DNA from: Octopus vulgaris
Lineage: Eukaryota
DNA length: 64,000 nt
Assembly (NCBI GenBank): GCA_951406725.2
Contig: OX597814.1
Span: 64,914,001 to 64,978,000 of the forward strand
Direction: 5' to 3'
Of the stretch, positions 19,060-34,528 are shown one piece after another. Below the pieces are notes generated by a model. The model was not told the origin of the DNA, searched no databases, and saw only the letters and a list, made by a program, of their open reading frames with translations. The translations under genes were made by a program, and so were the position numbers. Within the stretch, counting starts at the first letter, position 1. Every line of letters begins with the position of its first letter.

Positions 19060-19930
19060 GATGATTTTTTATTGACTACAAAGGGTTTACATTAAGAAAA
19101 ACATTATGGACAACAAAGGACAAAACACTGAGCGTGTGCGTGCATGCGAGTACGTCTGTAATATTTTGACGGCTTTGCACATGTATAGGTTTTAAAAAAA
19201 TAGTAATTACATTTAGCAATAGGGAGGAGACGTTCGCGGGATGCTCATGGAAATCCTCCCAAAAACCACTTATACCCCAACTTCTGGAACATGCGTTTTC
19301 TCAGTTTCTTATATCCGATTTACTGGCGTATGCTCCAAGCGGGCCTGTTCATTCTCGCACCATACTCGCCACTCTCATCCACCTTTAAGTAAAACGGCTA
19401 GAAGACAACACTTCCCTCTCCATCCTTTGAAGAAGTTCATGAGGTGTCGACCAAAGAGGAAACTGTTTATCTTCAGCCACTTCGATCTCGGTCACCATAC
19501 ATCCTCTTTCGCCATGGCCACCAGGAATATGAAAGCTGTCTGCTCTTCTCAGTTAAAAGAAGTAGGCGGGGCGATCTTCGCGATGGATTTAGTTGATAGA
19601 CAGATCCGTCCCACATGCTACGCCATGTGTTATTCATAAACCATCAGCAATGCTCGGGCACTGGACGAATTCGTAGAAGATAGTTTTCTCATCTACGCGC
19701 ATCTGGAGCACGCTCGGAAGACAATACTTCCGGGTCTGCTGAGTTTATCTCGAATTAGGGATGCTCCCCAGCAGTACTTTCAAACTATGGTATTCTGGAA
19801 GTTATCCATCGGTTCTAGTCCGAAAGCTCACAGGAAGAAAGCGGATAGTTGACAGCGTTTGACACTCAGGGTTTCTCCTAATATGTCCTCGCACTTTCCG
19901 CCACTAATCCTCTATAAAACTCTAAAGTGG
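19060..19930 (-). mobile_element. L1/Tx1-clade LINE ORF2 C-terminal remnant
   Basis: Minus strand IRDKL...ACSRC...FVQCPSIA (zf-RVT-like) and LVAMAKEDVW; multiple stops and frameshifts. Confidence 0.6.
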
Positions 19931-20084
19931 ATTTTCCATATATTGCTGTGCCCGAGTGACTGAGGGCTGTGAGAGCTTGAAGACATTCCCCTTTCCAAAC
20001 GCTTTCTCTCTATTTCTTTTTGATTCAAGTCTGCAGTATAATAATAATAGTTTCCAATTAACGAATAAGGTAAGAATTTTCGTG

Positions 20085-20258
20085 CTTCTATAGGGATTGA
20101 TCAATACCGACGACTACTGCATTTACTAACTATTTTATCTTCTGGACTCTGAAAGGATGCAAAATTGATCTCCGTGTGATTTGAACTGAAAATGTGTCGC
20201 GCGCGAAGAAATGATACAAAGCGTTTTAGCGATGCTATAACGATACTACCGCTCACCT
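20085..20258 (-). mobile_element. Degenerate Deu/Nin-like SINE
   Basis: tgaaaggatg...gatttgaact...ctaccgctcacc match the family. Confidence 0.55.
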
Positions 20259-20300
20259 CCTAAGTAATTATGGTAATCAGGAGCAGGATTAGCAGTAGCA

Positions 20301-20338
<38 letters not shown>

Positions 20339-21226
20339 AGAAGAAGAAGAAGAAGAAGAAGAAGAAGAAGAAGAAGAAGACGAAGAAGATGAAGAAGAAG
20401 AAGAAGAAGAAGAAGAAGAAGAAGAAGAAGAATACAAGGGCTAGATGAGTATGAGGGAGAGGAAGGGGAGGAGATATTTACGGAATCTGCCAGACTTTAT
20501 CAGGTGATGATAACGCTAGCTATTTCATAGAGAAAATTTGACTGACGTGGATTCCTGCGCGTGTTAAATGCTTTATCTTCGGGCAAACTAGTCTTTCATT
20601 TAGTTGTTTTATTTATTTACTTGTTATTTGTATGTTTGACACGAACCATTGTTTTTGACATAAAATGTATGTTGGACCTGCTGTGGAATGGCCAGATTAA
20701 TGACATGTAATTGGTAATAGAGCTCGGGTATGTATACAAAAACTAAGAAACTTTAATTTCCAATGTTGTTTAGTTTGGGATGTATCACTATCTCCATACT
20801 TGTGTAAGGTCGTTTGGAAATATGGTAAATCTATTAGAATCGACATCACCAATTCCATCCCCACCCCCATCGCTATTATCACCCCTCGAGATGTGAAAGA
20901 GCTTCTACGTTGTCACTCAACATGCTAGAAATAATTGTCCTATCTCCCTTAAATCAAACCCTTGTACCTCAAGAAAAGAAGAACACAGATAACTTAGATG
21001 AAGAGATGATGTGTCTAAAGAGAAGCGACATGATCCAAACTGGGACAGCTTTGATAATATGCAGGCTTGAACCAAGAGTGCAGGCTTGAACCTAAATACC
21101 TTCAGCATCTCTACCGCCACCACTACTACTAACACTATGCCCCTTCTTCGACCCTTCCTACTCACTGGGATAATTTCGTCGTCTTTGCTGTCGTCGTCAT
21201 CATCATCCTCCTCATCAACGTCATCG

Positions 21227-21335
21227 GGGAGGGGGTAAGTCGACTGCATCGACCCCAGTACTCAACTAGTACTGAATTTATCGACCTCGTTTAGATGAAA
21301 GGCAAATCGATCTCAATAAAATTTGGACTCAGATT
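21227..21335 (-). mobile_element. Deu/Nin-like SINE fragment
   Basis: gtcgactgcatcgaccccagtactcaact...gatgaaaggcaaa. Confidence 0.7.
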
Positions 21336-21650
21336 GTGATCTATTGCTAATATATTACGTAAACATAAGACGATGAGCTGGCAGAATTGCTAGCACGCCG
21401 GGCAAAATGCTATGACCCCTAGGGAATTATAATTATTTATAATTATTTGTTCTGATGATTTTGAGATACTATTCGTCGTAGTATTGTGTTTCTTTTTTGT
21501 ATCCTGCACGTACATAGTAACATGTGTATATACATTAAAAATGCACATACATGTGAACATGTGTAAATATACATACACACAAATAGGGGAGCGTACAAAT
21601 AATACTGCTATACATACATACATACATACATACATACATACATACATACA

Positions 21651-21684
<34 letters not shown>

Positions 21685-22068
21685 CATGCATACATACATA
21701 CAAACAAACATACATATATACATACATACATACATACATACATACATACATCTTTGACATATCTCTTACCATACCCTTAGGGCACCACAAGCCTTCTGAG
21801 AGAAAATATAGATCCAAACTGTGGAAGCCCATCGACTGCACTGCGCGTTTATATCAAAAAGCTATACTTATCAGTCACCATCTTACACTGAGTGTGTGTA
21901 CTAATTACATTAACAACTTCTATAGTATACTTAGCCACTTATATTCGAGTTTAATAAGTTCGCAGTTCCGTCCATGGAAATAGAGTATCACACGTTCTTA
22001 ACGAATTTACTAACTATTTTATCTTATGGACTCTGAAAGGATGCAAGACTATCATATCGTATCATGTC

Positions 22069-22144
<76 letters not shown>

Positions 22145-22571
22145 ATAATTAATAATATCAGGGTAATAAAGATTTTAGAAATGTTTACTACCAGTGGCCT
22201 AGTGTATAGAAAAATTAGTCAATAGACTATATATTATTCATATATTATTCATATATTTATATGAAAAGTGTATATATATAGAGATAAATAGATATAGATA
22301 TACACATATATATATACACATATATATATATACATATATATAACATATGTATATATATATGTATGTAAGTATATATGTATGTATGTATGTATGTTTGTAT
22401 GTATGTATGTATGTATGTATGTATGTATGTATGTATATATATATACATACACACATACATACATACATACATACATACATACATACATACTTACATACAT
22501 ATATATACATATGTTATATATATGTATATATATATATGTGTATATATATGTGTGTATATCTATATCTATTT

Positions 22572-22648
<77 letters not shown>

Positions 22649-24217
22649 AAATAGAGGAGATAAAAAAAGCGAGGTTCAAAAGAAAGAAAAATAATGGCAA
22701 AAATGCAAGAAAAGGAAAATAAAGAATTAAAGAAAGAAATGGAGTGGAAATGAAAGGCAGAACAGTGACAGAACTAGAGATGGAGTATTGGGACGTAAAC
22801 AAATATAACCACTCATAGATAGAATTCCACTGAACAGGTGGCTTGTTTAGTTGAAATACATTTGACTCTTAACCAGTCCCGGGCAGTCTATACTAACGCC
22901 TATTATCTGAGTCACTTGCTCCTACATCAAATGAGGTCGAGTATTTCATGTAGAACAAAATTACAGTCAGAGAAAGGGTCAGATCCCTCCCAAGAGTTAA
23001 CAGAACTCTTCATTTCCTCTTTGCTAAACCATCTGTGATTTTATTATTTATTTACGTATTGTTTTAAGTGTTTAGTCAGAATGTCTTTCGAGAAATTAGC
23101 TTAGTCGCAAGCACATCAATCCGATTGTGGTTTATGTATTTGATGTTCAAATTCCATATCTGTACTCCAAATTCAGAAGTAACATTTGAGAACAAAGGAA
23201 ATTTGACTGATACCGGTGATCTGACATGCCGAGGAGAAAGAACTCGACATACTACTCAGCGGAGGACCTGGTATTTCAGGAACAATAATGATTTCATTGT
23301 TGTTACTTTGTCTTCCCAATTAATCCTAACAGTATGTGGGTGGTCATTCGTACTAGTGAATACTGTCAACATATCCATTTCTCCCGATAAAACATGCCTC
23401 CTATCAGTTTGGGATTACATCACAAACTCTAAAATGCAGCGATTTTATTCAGTCGGCTGCAGTGTGAGGGTACAACATGTTATCATTTCCCTTCTACCCG
23501 TCACATCCTGTAAGATTATCGTTTTCGCCGTCGTCATCATCTTTTTAGCGTTTTATTTATTTATTTATTTATTTTGCTTTTGAGACTGTAGTTTGTGGTC
23601 AGAGAGACTTTAGCTTGTTATCTTTAGCAAGTAGAGAAACCTCATATAGTTGGAGCTCTCTCTATATAGTTGTTTGTCTAGTTGATAGTTCTTTGTATAG
23701 CTGGTAGTCGAAAGTTTGCTGTTGGTCTTCACTTAGTTCTGGTGATATGTACACGAAACATGCTTGAGTAATGATTATGACATTGAAGCTTCTGTTACAG
23801 GCACATTTGATTACTGATAATGAATGTGTTAATGTATGTGTATATCTTGTACGGATGTGTGATTATGCTTGCTTTATGTGTATATACTCGTATATTCACG
23901 ATCTTTTGTATATGGTTTGAAACAATAATTCGTTTGTGTGCGGGCTACTGTGTGTGTGTGTGTATATGCGTAAGCATATACATGTATTTATGCATTTATA
24001 TAAGTCATACGTGTGAGTGTGTGTTTGAATGTGTGATATCTGTTTCTCAAAACATATGTGTTTATAAGCTATAACAAATAAATGCTGCTCTAAAGCACCA
24101 AGTTAATTGTGGTGAATAACCCCGATGTTTACCGTCTTAAACACATCCGCCGACAAAATAGTACACAAATATGCATAAAGTATCTCTGACAAATGTTTAA
24201 AAAAATGGCGTGAGCAA

Positions 24218-24332
<115 letters not shown>

Positions 24333-24401
24333 AATATATATATACACACACATCTATGCATATATACATGTGTGTATGTATGTATGTATGTATGTATGTA
24401 T

Positions 24402-24457
<56 letters not shown>

Positions 24458-24522
24458 TATATATATACATACACACACATGTATATACACACACACTCAT
24501 GTTCACATACATATATGTAGGT

Positions 24523-24562
<40 letters not shown>

Positions 24563-25510
24563 TAACTCATACATGTAAACATTATCAGTCGCACATACGT
24601 ACTGTATGTGCTTTGCTTATACGCAAATTTGATGCGGGATAGAGTCCAGGGAAAGCACTTTACATGACGTCGAGTGTTAAAGGACACCTGAGTGGCAAAC
24701 ACCAGGCGAGGCAATTCGTCTCGGAATCACCGAGATTTCGTAATCTAATTTTCTTATACATTTCTCCTTCTCTCCTTCTCTTTCTCTTTCTCTCTCTCTC
24801 TCCCTCTCTCTCTTCCACTCTCTCTATATATATTTATCTGTGTGTGTGCGCGCGCCTGTGTCTGTATGTCTGTGTGTATAAATGTGTGTGTGTGCGTATA
24901 CCAACCAACCTACCTACCTACCTACCTACCTACCTACCTACCTACCTACCTACCTACATACATACATACATACATACATACATACATACATACATACATA
25001 CATACATACATACATACATACATACGTACATACATACATACATATCAACTTGTGCTCGAGTACAACCAGTTCTAGCAAAGATCTTCTTTGGGTATTACCT
25101 TGCCGAAAAGTAAGACGAGATCAGCCCCCAAAACAGTCTGCTGACTAGTTCTAGAATTTGACAACGGTGTGAAATTATTAGATGACCAGTGTTCTCACTG
25201 AAAACGGCTGCTCAGATACGTGAGATGTTGCCACATCTCTTTATCCCTTGAATTTGGAAAAGAAGCGACCAATATCCCACATTCGTCTAGTTTTACAATC
25301 ATATACTACCCATTTGTATAGCCCGAAGGTTCATCAACTCACTTTCGTCGCAGGATCATGTCTATCTATTGTGTTTCCAAGAATTACTATACTTTAAATT
25401 GTTTATAGTGAGTTAAGTATGCATTGAACTACATTCACATAGAACAGCTTTGCCCCTAGTAACTCGGCATTTGGTCATGCAACCAGTAACTAAACGATGT
25501 TTTACATTAG

Positions 25511-25937
25511 GGCATACTCTACGGAGAGCTTGATGTGGGCACTAGGTCTGTGGGAAGACCGTTCTTACGATACAAGGATCTTTGCAAAAGAGACATGAAG
25601 GCCTGCGACATCAATATTAGCAACTGAGAAGCAGTTGCCAGCAGCCGTGGAGATTGGCGACGTACCGTAAAAGAGGGAACACAAATGAGTGACAGAAGGA
25701 GAGAGGAGAAATGGAAAGACAAGAAAAGACGTCAACAAGAAACTATGACATTACAACCAGCCAAGCAAAGTCTTCGCTTCATTTGCGGCACCTGCCAGAG
25801 GGAGTGTTTGTCCAAGATAGGACTACACAGCCGCAGCAGGAGATGTATTAGGACATGAAATGTAAAAGCCGGACTAGATTATTTTATGCGCAAATCCATT
25901 GTCTCCCGAGACAAAAAGGATGCCAACAACAACAACA
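25511..25937 (+). mobile_element. RTE (BovB-like) LINE 3' end
   Basis: ILYGELDVGTRSVGRPFLRYKDLCKRDMK...*EAVASSRGDWRRTVKEG...FICGTCQRECLSKIGLHSRSRRC, stop at 25856-25858. 3' UTR tccattgtctcccgagacaaaaggatg then a (CAA)n tail. Confidence 0.9.
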
Positions 25938-26094
25938 AGCCTTCTATTCAACAAGTATTCTAACATATCATAGGGACCCATCGTGTGACGACCTCGCTTA
26001 ACATTTCGTGTAGTTCTTCGCACCCTAACAATAAACGCTCGCTCTCGCATAACCTTGCGGACAGACATACACACACACGCACACGCACACACAG

Positions 26095-26162
<68 letters not shown>

Positions 26163-26486
26163 AGTGACTCACATTCAAATATGTGCACATGCATACAGGC
26201 TCACACACGTGTATCTTCTTTGTGGTTATTTACAAATAAGCAGCAATGTTTAAAAAGTATTGAAATCGTATCAGCTGTTATTTATTTTATAAACATACAC
26301 ACACGCGCGCGCCTATATCTATCTATCTATCCATCTATCTATCTATCTATGTATCTATCTATCTAAAATTATACACACACCCACACACATACACGCACAG
26401 ACATACAGAAGGAGAAAGAGACAGACGGCCACACAAAAAGGAACAAAGATAGAGAGATAGAAAATAAGAAAGTAAGAAAGACAGAG

Positions 26487-26553
<67 letters not shown>

Positions 26554-27131
26554 AATACATGCTTCTTGCGTGTGATCCATTTTGTTCAAAGTCAATGATA
26601 GTCTGGTTTAAAAGATAGAGCTTATTTTATTATAGAGATAATAGAGTCCGTGGTGGGTGGAAATCTCTCCAAATCAACAAATCAAAATTCCTTTGATAAG
26701 GCAAAAGTAAAATAAATACATGAATGAACGTTTCTTTCATGATCATTCTGATAAAAACGAAAACAGACTCGCATATGCAGTTTTGTGTATGTGTGTTCGT
26801 GCATGTATGTATGTATTTGTTTATATGAGTATATGATACGTACATATCTATATTTATGCATGTGTGTGTACACAGATACATACATATGCTATTCATCTTC
26901 CTACATATTCATGAGTCCGTGTGCATATGCGTGTGTATATCACATGCGCACACAACACACTAATATGCCAGTGATCTTGGTAGTTAACAAACTGGAATGA
27001 GAGTACTCAATACGTCATGAAGAGTAATTTGTATTTAAAGTTAATTTGTCTGTATATATATAGTGTTTAATAAAATGAAGTAGCATGAAACAATTGTACT
27101 GCTCTACCTTGGATGTCCTTGTTGAATATTT

Positions 27132-27180
<49 letters not shown>

Positions 27181-27373
27181 TGTATGTATATATGTATGTA
27201 TATATACTAAATTGAACTTACATTGAAAGTCAACAAACAGTTTGCTTTAGAAGCTTTGAGATGTATTGAAAGATACAGATAAGGATATAATTTTATTCTC
27301 AAACGGAGGATAAAGCTAATAATATAGCATGAACAGGATAAACTACCCATATTTTGCAGAAAAATCTATCAAC

Positions 27374-27446
27374 GGCCAGTCATGTAACTCGAAATTACGT
27401 CCTTGTGATTACGCGTCAAGTGCGTTACCATTAAGCTAAACTGCCC
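27374..27446 (-). pseudogene. tRNA-like sequence (Thr-CGT-like), degenerate
   Basis: Reverse complement GGGCAGTT TAGCTTAATGGTAACGC A CTTGA CGCGTAA TCACAAG...TTTCGAG...GACTGGCC: 73 nt, A-box, mostly paired acceptor stem, imperfect arms. Confidence 0.55.
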
Positions 27447-27715
27447 AGCAACAAATACTTCTGCAATTTTAGGATACATAGACCTAGCTTTATAAGACGC
27501 TATCGGACGTTAAAATTCATCTTAGGTTGAAAGTCAACAGACAAAGTTCGCTTTAGAAGCGTTGAGATGTATTGAAAGATTTAGATAAGGAAATGATTTG
27601 ATTTTCAACGCAGGATAATGCTAATAATATAGTTGAATTTAACGTACGTTAGTGCCTTATAAAGCTAGATTTATATGTCATAAAATTGCAGAAGAATTAT
27701 GGATAACGGAAAGCG

Positions 27716-28205
<490 letters not shown>

Positions 28206-28212
28206 TAACAAC

Positions 28213-29337
28213 AATTCTGATGACTAGATGTTCAAACTTGTCTTAGAGCATGAAAATAAGAAAGCATCATACTCAGTAAGAAAACAGGCAAAAGAATTAC
28301 AAATACAAAACATCCCAAAATCAGATGTACTGGAAACAAGCACAGAAAAAAGTTAAGCGTATGAAAACCCGTACTAAAACTGCTGCCTTTGATATTCTTA
28401 CTGATAAATGGCAAGAAAAACCTCTCGATGGTAAATACCCAAAGAGAGCTAATAGTGACGATGATGCAAAGCCCTTACCCATCTTAGTGTCTTCTTGCTT
28501 AAAATCTGAAACGGAAGAGCTTATAATAGCTACCTAAGGTCAGTGCCTACCTACAAGGAACTACCAGGCCAACATATTAAAGAACGGCAGTAGCCCAATA
28601 TGTCAGGTATGTCATTGATCATGATGTCTCCATGAGCAGTCTGCTTGCGCCTACAGCGTATCTCAACAGGCATGATAGAGCAGCACATTATATTCACTGA
28701 GTAATTTGCAAAAACCTGGACCTGCACCATGATAAAAATTGTTGGGAACACAAACCACCTCCAGTACTTGAAAATGATCACATCTCACTCCTCTGGAACT
28801 TCGCCGTTCAAACTGACAGAAAGATAGATGCGAACAGGCCAGACATCATATCGAAAGACTTCAGACAAAAGTCATGCCTCCTCAGTGATATGACTGTCCC
28901 AATCGATATAAATGTATGTCAACATCTACCAAAAACTGAGTAAGTATAAAGATCTTGAAATAGAAATTGGCAAAATGTGGAACGTGAAGATTAAAACAAT
29001 ACTTGTTGTCATAGGAACGATAGCCAAATGAAATGATAACCAAAGGGACTGATTGCTACCGAACTCAGATAACAGGAAACCCCCAAATGGCAGAAATTCA
29101 AAAGACAGTGCTCATGGGAACTGCCCAATCCCACGTAAAATACTGTCTATATACTCTCAAATTTGAAAACAAACTTATACATTTCTTATGCTTTCTTAAA
29201 CATTCCCTGGAACAATACTATGTGCAAAACCAAATATATGACACTCTAGGCATAACACAAACATGAACTTGTCTCTTGGGGTCTAAGGGTGAGATCTGGA
29301 GTTAACTTGTACAAATACACATCAAAAGTCAAACATA
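28213..29337 (+). mobile_element. R4/Dong-type fragment (family A, longest copy)
   Basis: WQEKPLDGKYPKR...LKSETEELIIA...YLNRHDRAAHYIH*...LLWNFAVQTDRKIDANRPDII; between (TAA)n tracts. Confidence 0.9.
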
Positions 29338-29353
29338 TAATAATAATAATAAC

Positions 29354-29397
<44 letters not shown>

Positions 29398-29413
29398 TAA
29401 TAATAATAATAAC

Positions 29414-29520
<107 letters not shown>

Positions 29521-29532
29521 TAATAATAATAA

Positions 29533-30205
29533 TCTCAGGGTGTAAAGTCTTAGCACCTGTAGAATACAAAGCAAGACATGACAGAGTCGGCCAGTATTTA
29601 CACTGGAAAATATGTCGGCATTATAATATCAAAATCGCTGACAAATGGTATAAACACCAGGGAGAAAATATGTCGCTTCTATGGGACTTCCCCGTACATA
29701 CCGACAAAACTATAGAAGCTAATAAACCGGATATTATTATAAAAGATCAGATAAAAAAGGTGTGTTTATTAATTGACATGAATATTCCTTGCGATCACAA
29801 TATACCGGCGAAAGAATTTGACAAAATCAGTACATAGAAAGACTTGCTAATAGAAATTGAAACCAAATGTCGCATCTCAAGGTAACTACAGTGCCACTGA
29901 TTGTAGGATCTCTAAGAATGATTTAAAAAGGTACAGAAACCTATTTGAAAATAGTACCAGGTTTACCGTCCCTACAGGAAGTGCAAAAAATCGTGTTAAC
30001 TGGGACCACTCATGTACTGAGAAGAGCATTATCGCTGTGAGAACAACATCCATTCATCAAGTTAGTTATTTATTAATCTTTTACATATTTTACCTATGAA
30101 TTTGCGTGTGTAATCTGGAAATGCATACAATGAGCTTCTCTGTCCTAGGTGTACAGAAAACACTCGGCGAGAAATTGGATAAAATTTGAAGAAAGAAGAA
30201 AAAAA
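29533..30205 (+). mobile_element. R4/Dong-type fragment (family B)
   Basis: SGCKVLAPVEYKARHDRVGQYLHWKIC...LLWDFPVHTDKTIEANKPDIII. Tail gaagaaagaagaaaaa then (TAA)n, as at 2460. Confidence 0.9.
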
Positions 30206-30216
30206 AATAATAATAA

Positions 30217-30428
30217 TCCTTTCTACTAAATGCGCATGGTCTGAAATCTTGGGTGAACTGGAAAGTCGATTACATCGATCCCAATACTCAACTGGTACTT
30301 ACATTATCGACCCCGAAAGGATGAAACTTAAAGTCAACTTCGGCGGAATTTGAAATCAGAACGTAAAGGCAGACGAAATACACCTAAGCATCTTGCCCAG
30401 CGTGATGGAGTTTATACCAGCTCGTCGG
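30217..30428 (-). mobile_element. Deu/Nin-like tRNA SINE, near full length
   Basis: Same family as 5620-6262. Confidence 0.85.
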
Positions 30429-30513
30429 CTTATTATTATTATTATTATTATTATTAATAATAATAATAATAATAATGATAATATTAATAATAGTAGTAAT
30501 AATGGTAGTAGTA

Positions 30514-30585
<72 letters not shown>

Positions 30586-30588
<3 letters not shown>

Positions 30589-30856
30589 TGGGTGGTTCTT
30601 TCAACATCCTTAAACAACCCTTATTCAGGGACCTTTTGAGCGGGATGGGCTACTCAACCTGAAGAAATTTCTAACTGGGCCACACCTGCAAGGTCCTGTG
30701 CTGTTTATCTTGATATGAGATCACCATGTCGCGCACATATGGTTGTGATGCATGTGCCTGGTGTACCCTTATCAGACGGGTAGTCATGATGGGTATATTG
30801 GGCTTCGTATACTTTACCCCAGTGTCACTTTGATGGCATGAACTGCTCTCTCACTC
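30586..30856 (+). mobile_element. ~540-bp retroposon (copy 5, 3' half only)
   Basis: Matches 9380-9650; (TAA)n on both sides. Confidence 0.9.
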
Positions 30857-31081
30857 AATAATAATAATAATAATGATAATAATAATAAGGAATAATGTAT
30901 AATGCCCTTCATCAATTTCTTTTCTAACGAGAGTATTTGTCAGTTAATGGAGTGGAATTTAAGAGCACATCTTAGTGAAATTGATTAGTGACATATTATA
31001 TGCTACGTCACTGCATTTTTATATCTAATGCACGCATAGAAAAACTCTCCAATATAGATATGCATATATACGTGTGCACAT

Positions 31082-31129
<48 letters not shown>

Positions 31130-31304
31130 GCATATGTATGCGTGTATGTACACATTTCTATATACATGTGTAACCACTAATTTTAAGTCGCTTTTACCTA
31201 CAAATCAATGAAAATAGTAAGTTCATGACAAAGAAATCTATGAACGTTTTATGGCAAACCCTTCAATATATGCAACCGTTTGATTTTCACCAATTATAAT
31301 ATGA

Positions 31305-31664
31305 CTAGCACCGGCGTTGCCGGGTCATAGTGCTAGTGCATGCATATACAGCTGCGTGCGTGCACACATACACGCGAGTACTGTCCAAATCTCCGACCAA
31401 TCATATACAGCTAGCTAGCATTCAATTGGTGTATCAAGTTTCGGGCATTTCGATTGGGTTTTGGATAGAAAATTCACAAAAAGTCACTTCTATTGATTTT
31501 CTAATGGCTTTGCGGGGTGACTGGGGAAATGTAAAGATGTGCACGACCACCCTTGGATGGTTTTAAATGACCATAGAAAGTGCGAGCCCTCTAACTGAAA
31601 AATTGTGGATTTGTATAAAGGACACACACACACACAGACATTTTGCCGTTTATATATAGAGAGA
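31305..31664 (-). mobile_element. Non-autonomous Helitron
   Basis: Minus strand starts TCTCTCTATATATAAA and ends with hairpin CCGGC-aac-GCCGG then CTAG. Inserted between A and T with no TSD. Confidence 0.7.
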
Positions 31665-32668
31665 TGAAACGTCCTTCTACTAACGAAAAGGTATCCCAGC
31701 ACTCACAATTCTCATACGAAATAAATAAGAAAATTAATCAATAATGTACACAATACATTATGAACAATAATTTCTTATGAATACCAACTTATTGACAATT
31801 ATGAAATAGTAAAAGCTACAGGAAATATAATAATACTTAAAAGAATATGCTTATCGAACTGGATAGGAAGTAATTAGAAAATATTGCAGTAAATTTCATA
31901 GAATAATTATATAATGAAGCTATGCTACCGTAAATGGTTTATTGTTTTAGCTTTATTGAACGTTTATTTACTCTTTCTATTTCCAATTTCAGATTTAGCG
32001 TAAGTGTCACAGTTTGTAGACAAAGATTAGGCCAAATAAAGCGACAACAACAGCTTAATAATATATTGGTGAATGATCTAAATTTAAGCAGGCAACGGTG
32101 AGTTTGAATTGGTTGATGTTATTCGGTGCAGGGCTCAGTCGCTTGTAGAAGTTCTTTATTTTCTTGATTACTAATTTTGGCACAAGATCGGTAAAATGGA
32201 ATGTGAATTAATTGATACTATTGTCTGGTACCTGTTCATCAAACTTGGCCACTGTGTCATTTTAACTCAGAATGTAAAAAGCTCAACAAACATGGCAAAG
32301 AATTTTTCAGTTTCTCGAACACTTCTGTCAGCTACTTTTCTAGTTTACTTTCATCAATAATTCACTTAAAACTGTATCTTTCGAAACTGCTTAAACAAAG
32401 CATATGTTTACCGTTTTTATTACTATATTTGGTTACAAATGTTGGAGCAATTCACTTTATTGAATTTACATATATATGAACGTGTATGCATAAATGTATA
32501 CATATATCATGAAGGACATATACGTATATATAAGTAAATATATATATGTGAGTATATATATATATATATATATATATATACTCGTATATAATCATATACA
32601 AATACGTAAATATATATTTTTGTGAATATATATATGTATATATATATATATGTATGTATATGTATATG

Positions 32669-32707
<39 letters not shown>

Positions 32708-32815
32708 GTATATATAGATATAGATACAAACAAATATATATATATGTATTCGTATATATATACTTATAATAAGCATATAAAATATACATGTATATATAAT
32801 ATATATATATACATA

Positions 32816-32930
<115 letters not shown>

Positions 32931-32939
32931 GCGTATATA

Positions 32940-33350
32940 GGCGTAGGAGTGGCTGTGTGGTAAGTAGCTTGCTTACGAACAACATGGTTTCGGGTACAGT
33001 CCCATTACGGGGCACCTTGGGCAAGTGTCTTCTACTATAGCTTCGGGCCGACCAAAGCCTTGTGAGGGGTTTGGTAGACGGAAACTGAAAGAAGCCCGTC
33101 ATATGTATATATATATATGTGTGTGTGTATGTTTGTGTGTCTGTGTTTGTCCCCCTCCCCCATCATCGCTTGACAACCGATGCTGGTGTGTTTACGTCAC
33201 CGTAACTTAGCGGTTCGGCAAAAGAAACCGATAGAATAAGTACAAGGCTTACAAAGAATAAGCCCTGGGGTCGATTTGCTCGACTAACGGCGGTGCTCCA
33301 GCATGGCCGCAGCCACATGACTGAAACAAGTAAAAGAGTAAAAGAGTAAA
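32940..33350 (+). mobile_element. tRNA-derived CORE-type SINE
   Basis: gtggctgtgtggtaag head, gcaccttgggcaagtgtcttc CORE-like box, tail gcatggccgcag...gactgaaacaagtaaaag(agtaaaag)n. Confidence 0.85.
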
Positions 33351-34473
33351 AGATATATATATATACATATACAAATATATATGTGTGTATATATATTTGT
33401 GTGCATATATATGCATATATATATGTATATATACTTATTTGTACATGTGTATATATAAATATTTGTATATATTCGTGCATGTATAATAAATATATGTATG
33501 TATGTATATTTGTATATATGCATGTATGTGCGTATGCGTATTGTTCTTGTTACGGTTTACTTGTTAAAATATTACGAGTGCAAATCAAAGTTACCAGTCA
33601 GTCGACCAATGAAGAATCGATTTTGAAAACTCTAAACCAACGAACTGACATATGTTGTATTGTGAAAGAAAACATTTCTAATCAATATATTCTTATATAT
33701 TCTTATGAACATATCTTTGTTGTAACAATGACATGGTTGCCATTGGGATTTATTCTGAAACGTCTCTGTGTTTGGAAGTTACACGATTACACGTCTTGAA
33801 TATATCCAGAATACTACTTGTCGTAGACAGACATTTACAAGTACATTTCATAATTTTACTTGCCTTTGAATGCTATGGTCAATGTTGGACAAGTAAAAAA
33901 AAACATAAAAATAACAAAAAAGAGGAAATGAAATTCATGAGAATAATGAAAGAAAAAGGGGAAAAATAAAGCAAATACGGGAATAAAAGAGAAAAATTGA
34001 TGAGTTGTAGAGAAACGTTTAAGAGCAAATCAGCCACTTAAGCAATGTAGTGGAGACAGACAAAGGTCGGTCTTTTGACAAAAAGACATTAGGAACACCA
34101 AAAATGTTTCGGCTCTACCTGGACAGATGTCGAACTGGAGAGCAAAACGATGTTACAAGAGGAGAGGAATGCTTACTATGTTCTCTTTTGAAAGAACATC
34201 TGATTGATAAAGGAGAATATTTTTAAAGGACCTGTTTACTTTAAGTCTTGAAGTGATTCAATTACTGCCCAGACTGTTATTGGTTAGCTAGCTAGCTGTT
34301 TGGAATGAACGATTGACCGAATAGCCGAGTTTGCCACTGAAGTAATGATTTATTTAACACAAACTATAAAAGAACGATTACTGTTTTCAATACTGTAATA
34401 TAGTAAAAATATAATATAAATATCATGAAGGATATGTGCGTACATACATACGTACATATGTGTGTGTATATAC

Positions 34474-34526
<53 letters not shown>

Positions 34527-34528
<2 letters not shown>

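Noticed and set aside
23068-23583. 171-aa ORF
   Set aside because: No recognisable domain and a non-ATG start; compatible with chance.
23735-23770. CUGGUGA...CGAAACAUG hammerhead-like string
   Set aside because: Core mismatch, poor stem II and no valid cleavage site or stem I.
25626-25628. In-frame TGA in the RTE ORF as possible selenocysteine
   Set aside because: It falls where RTEs usually have Trp, so a TGG-to-TGA mutation is the simpler explanation; no SECIS seen.
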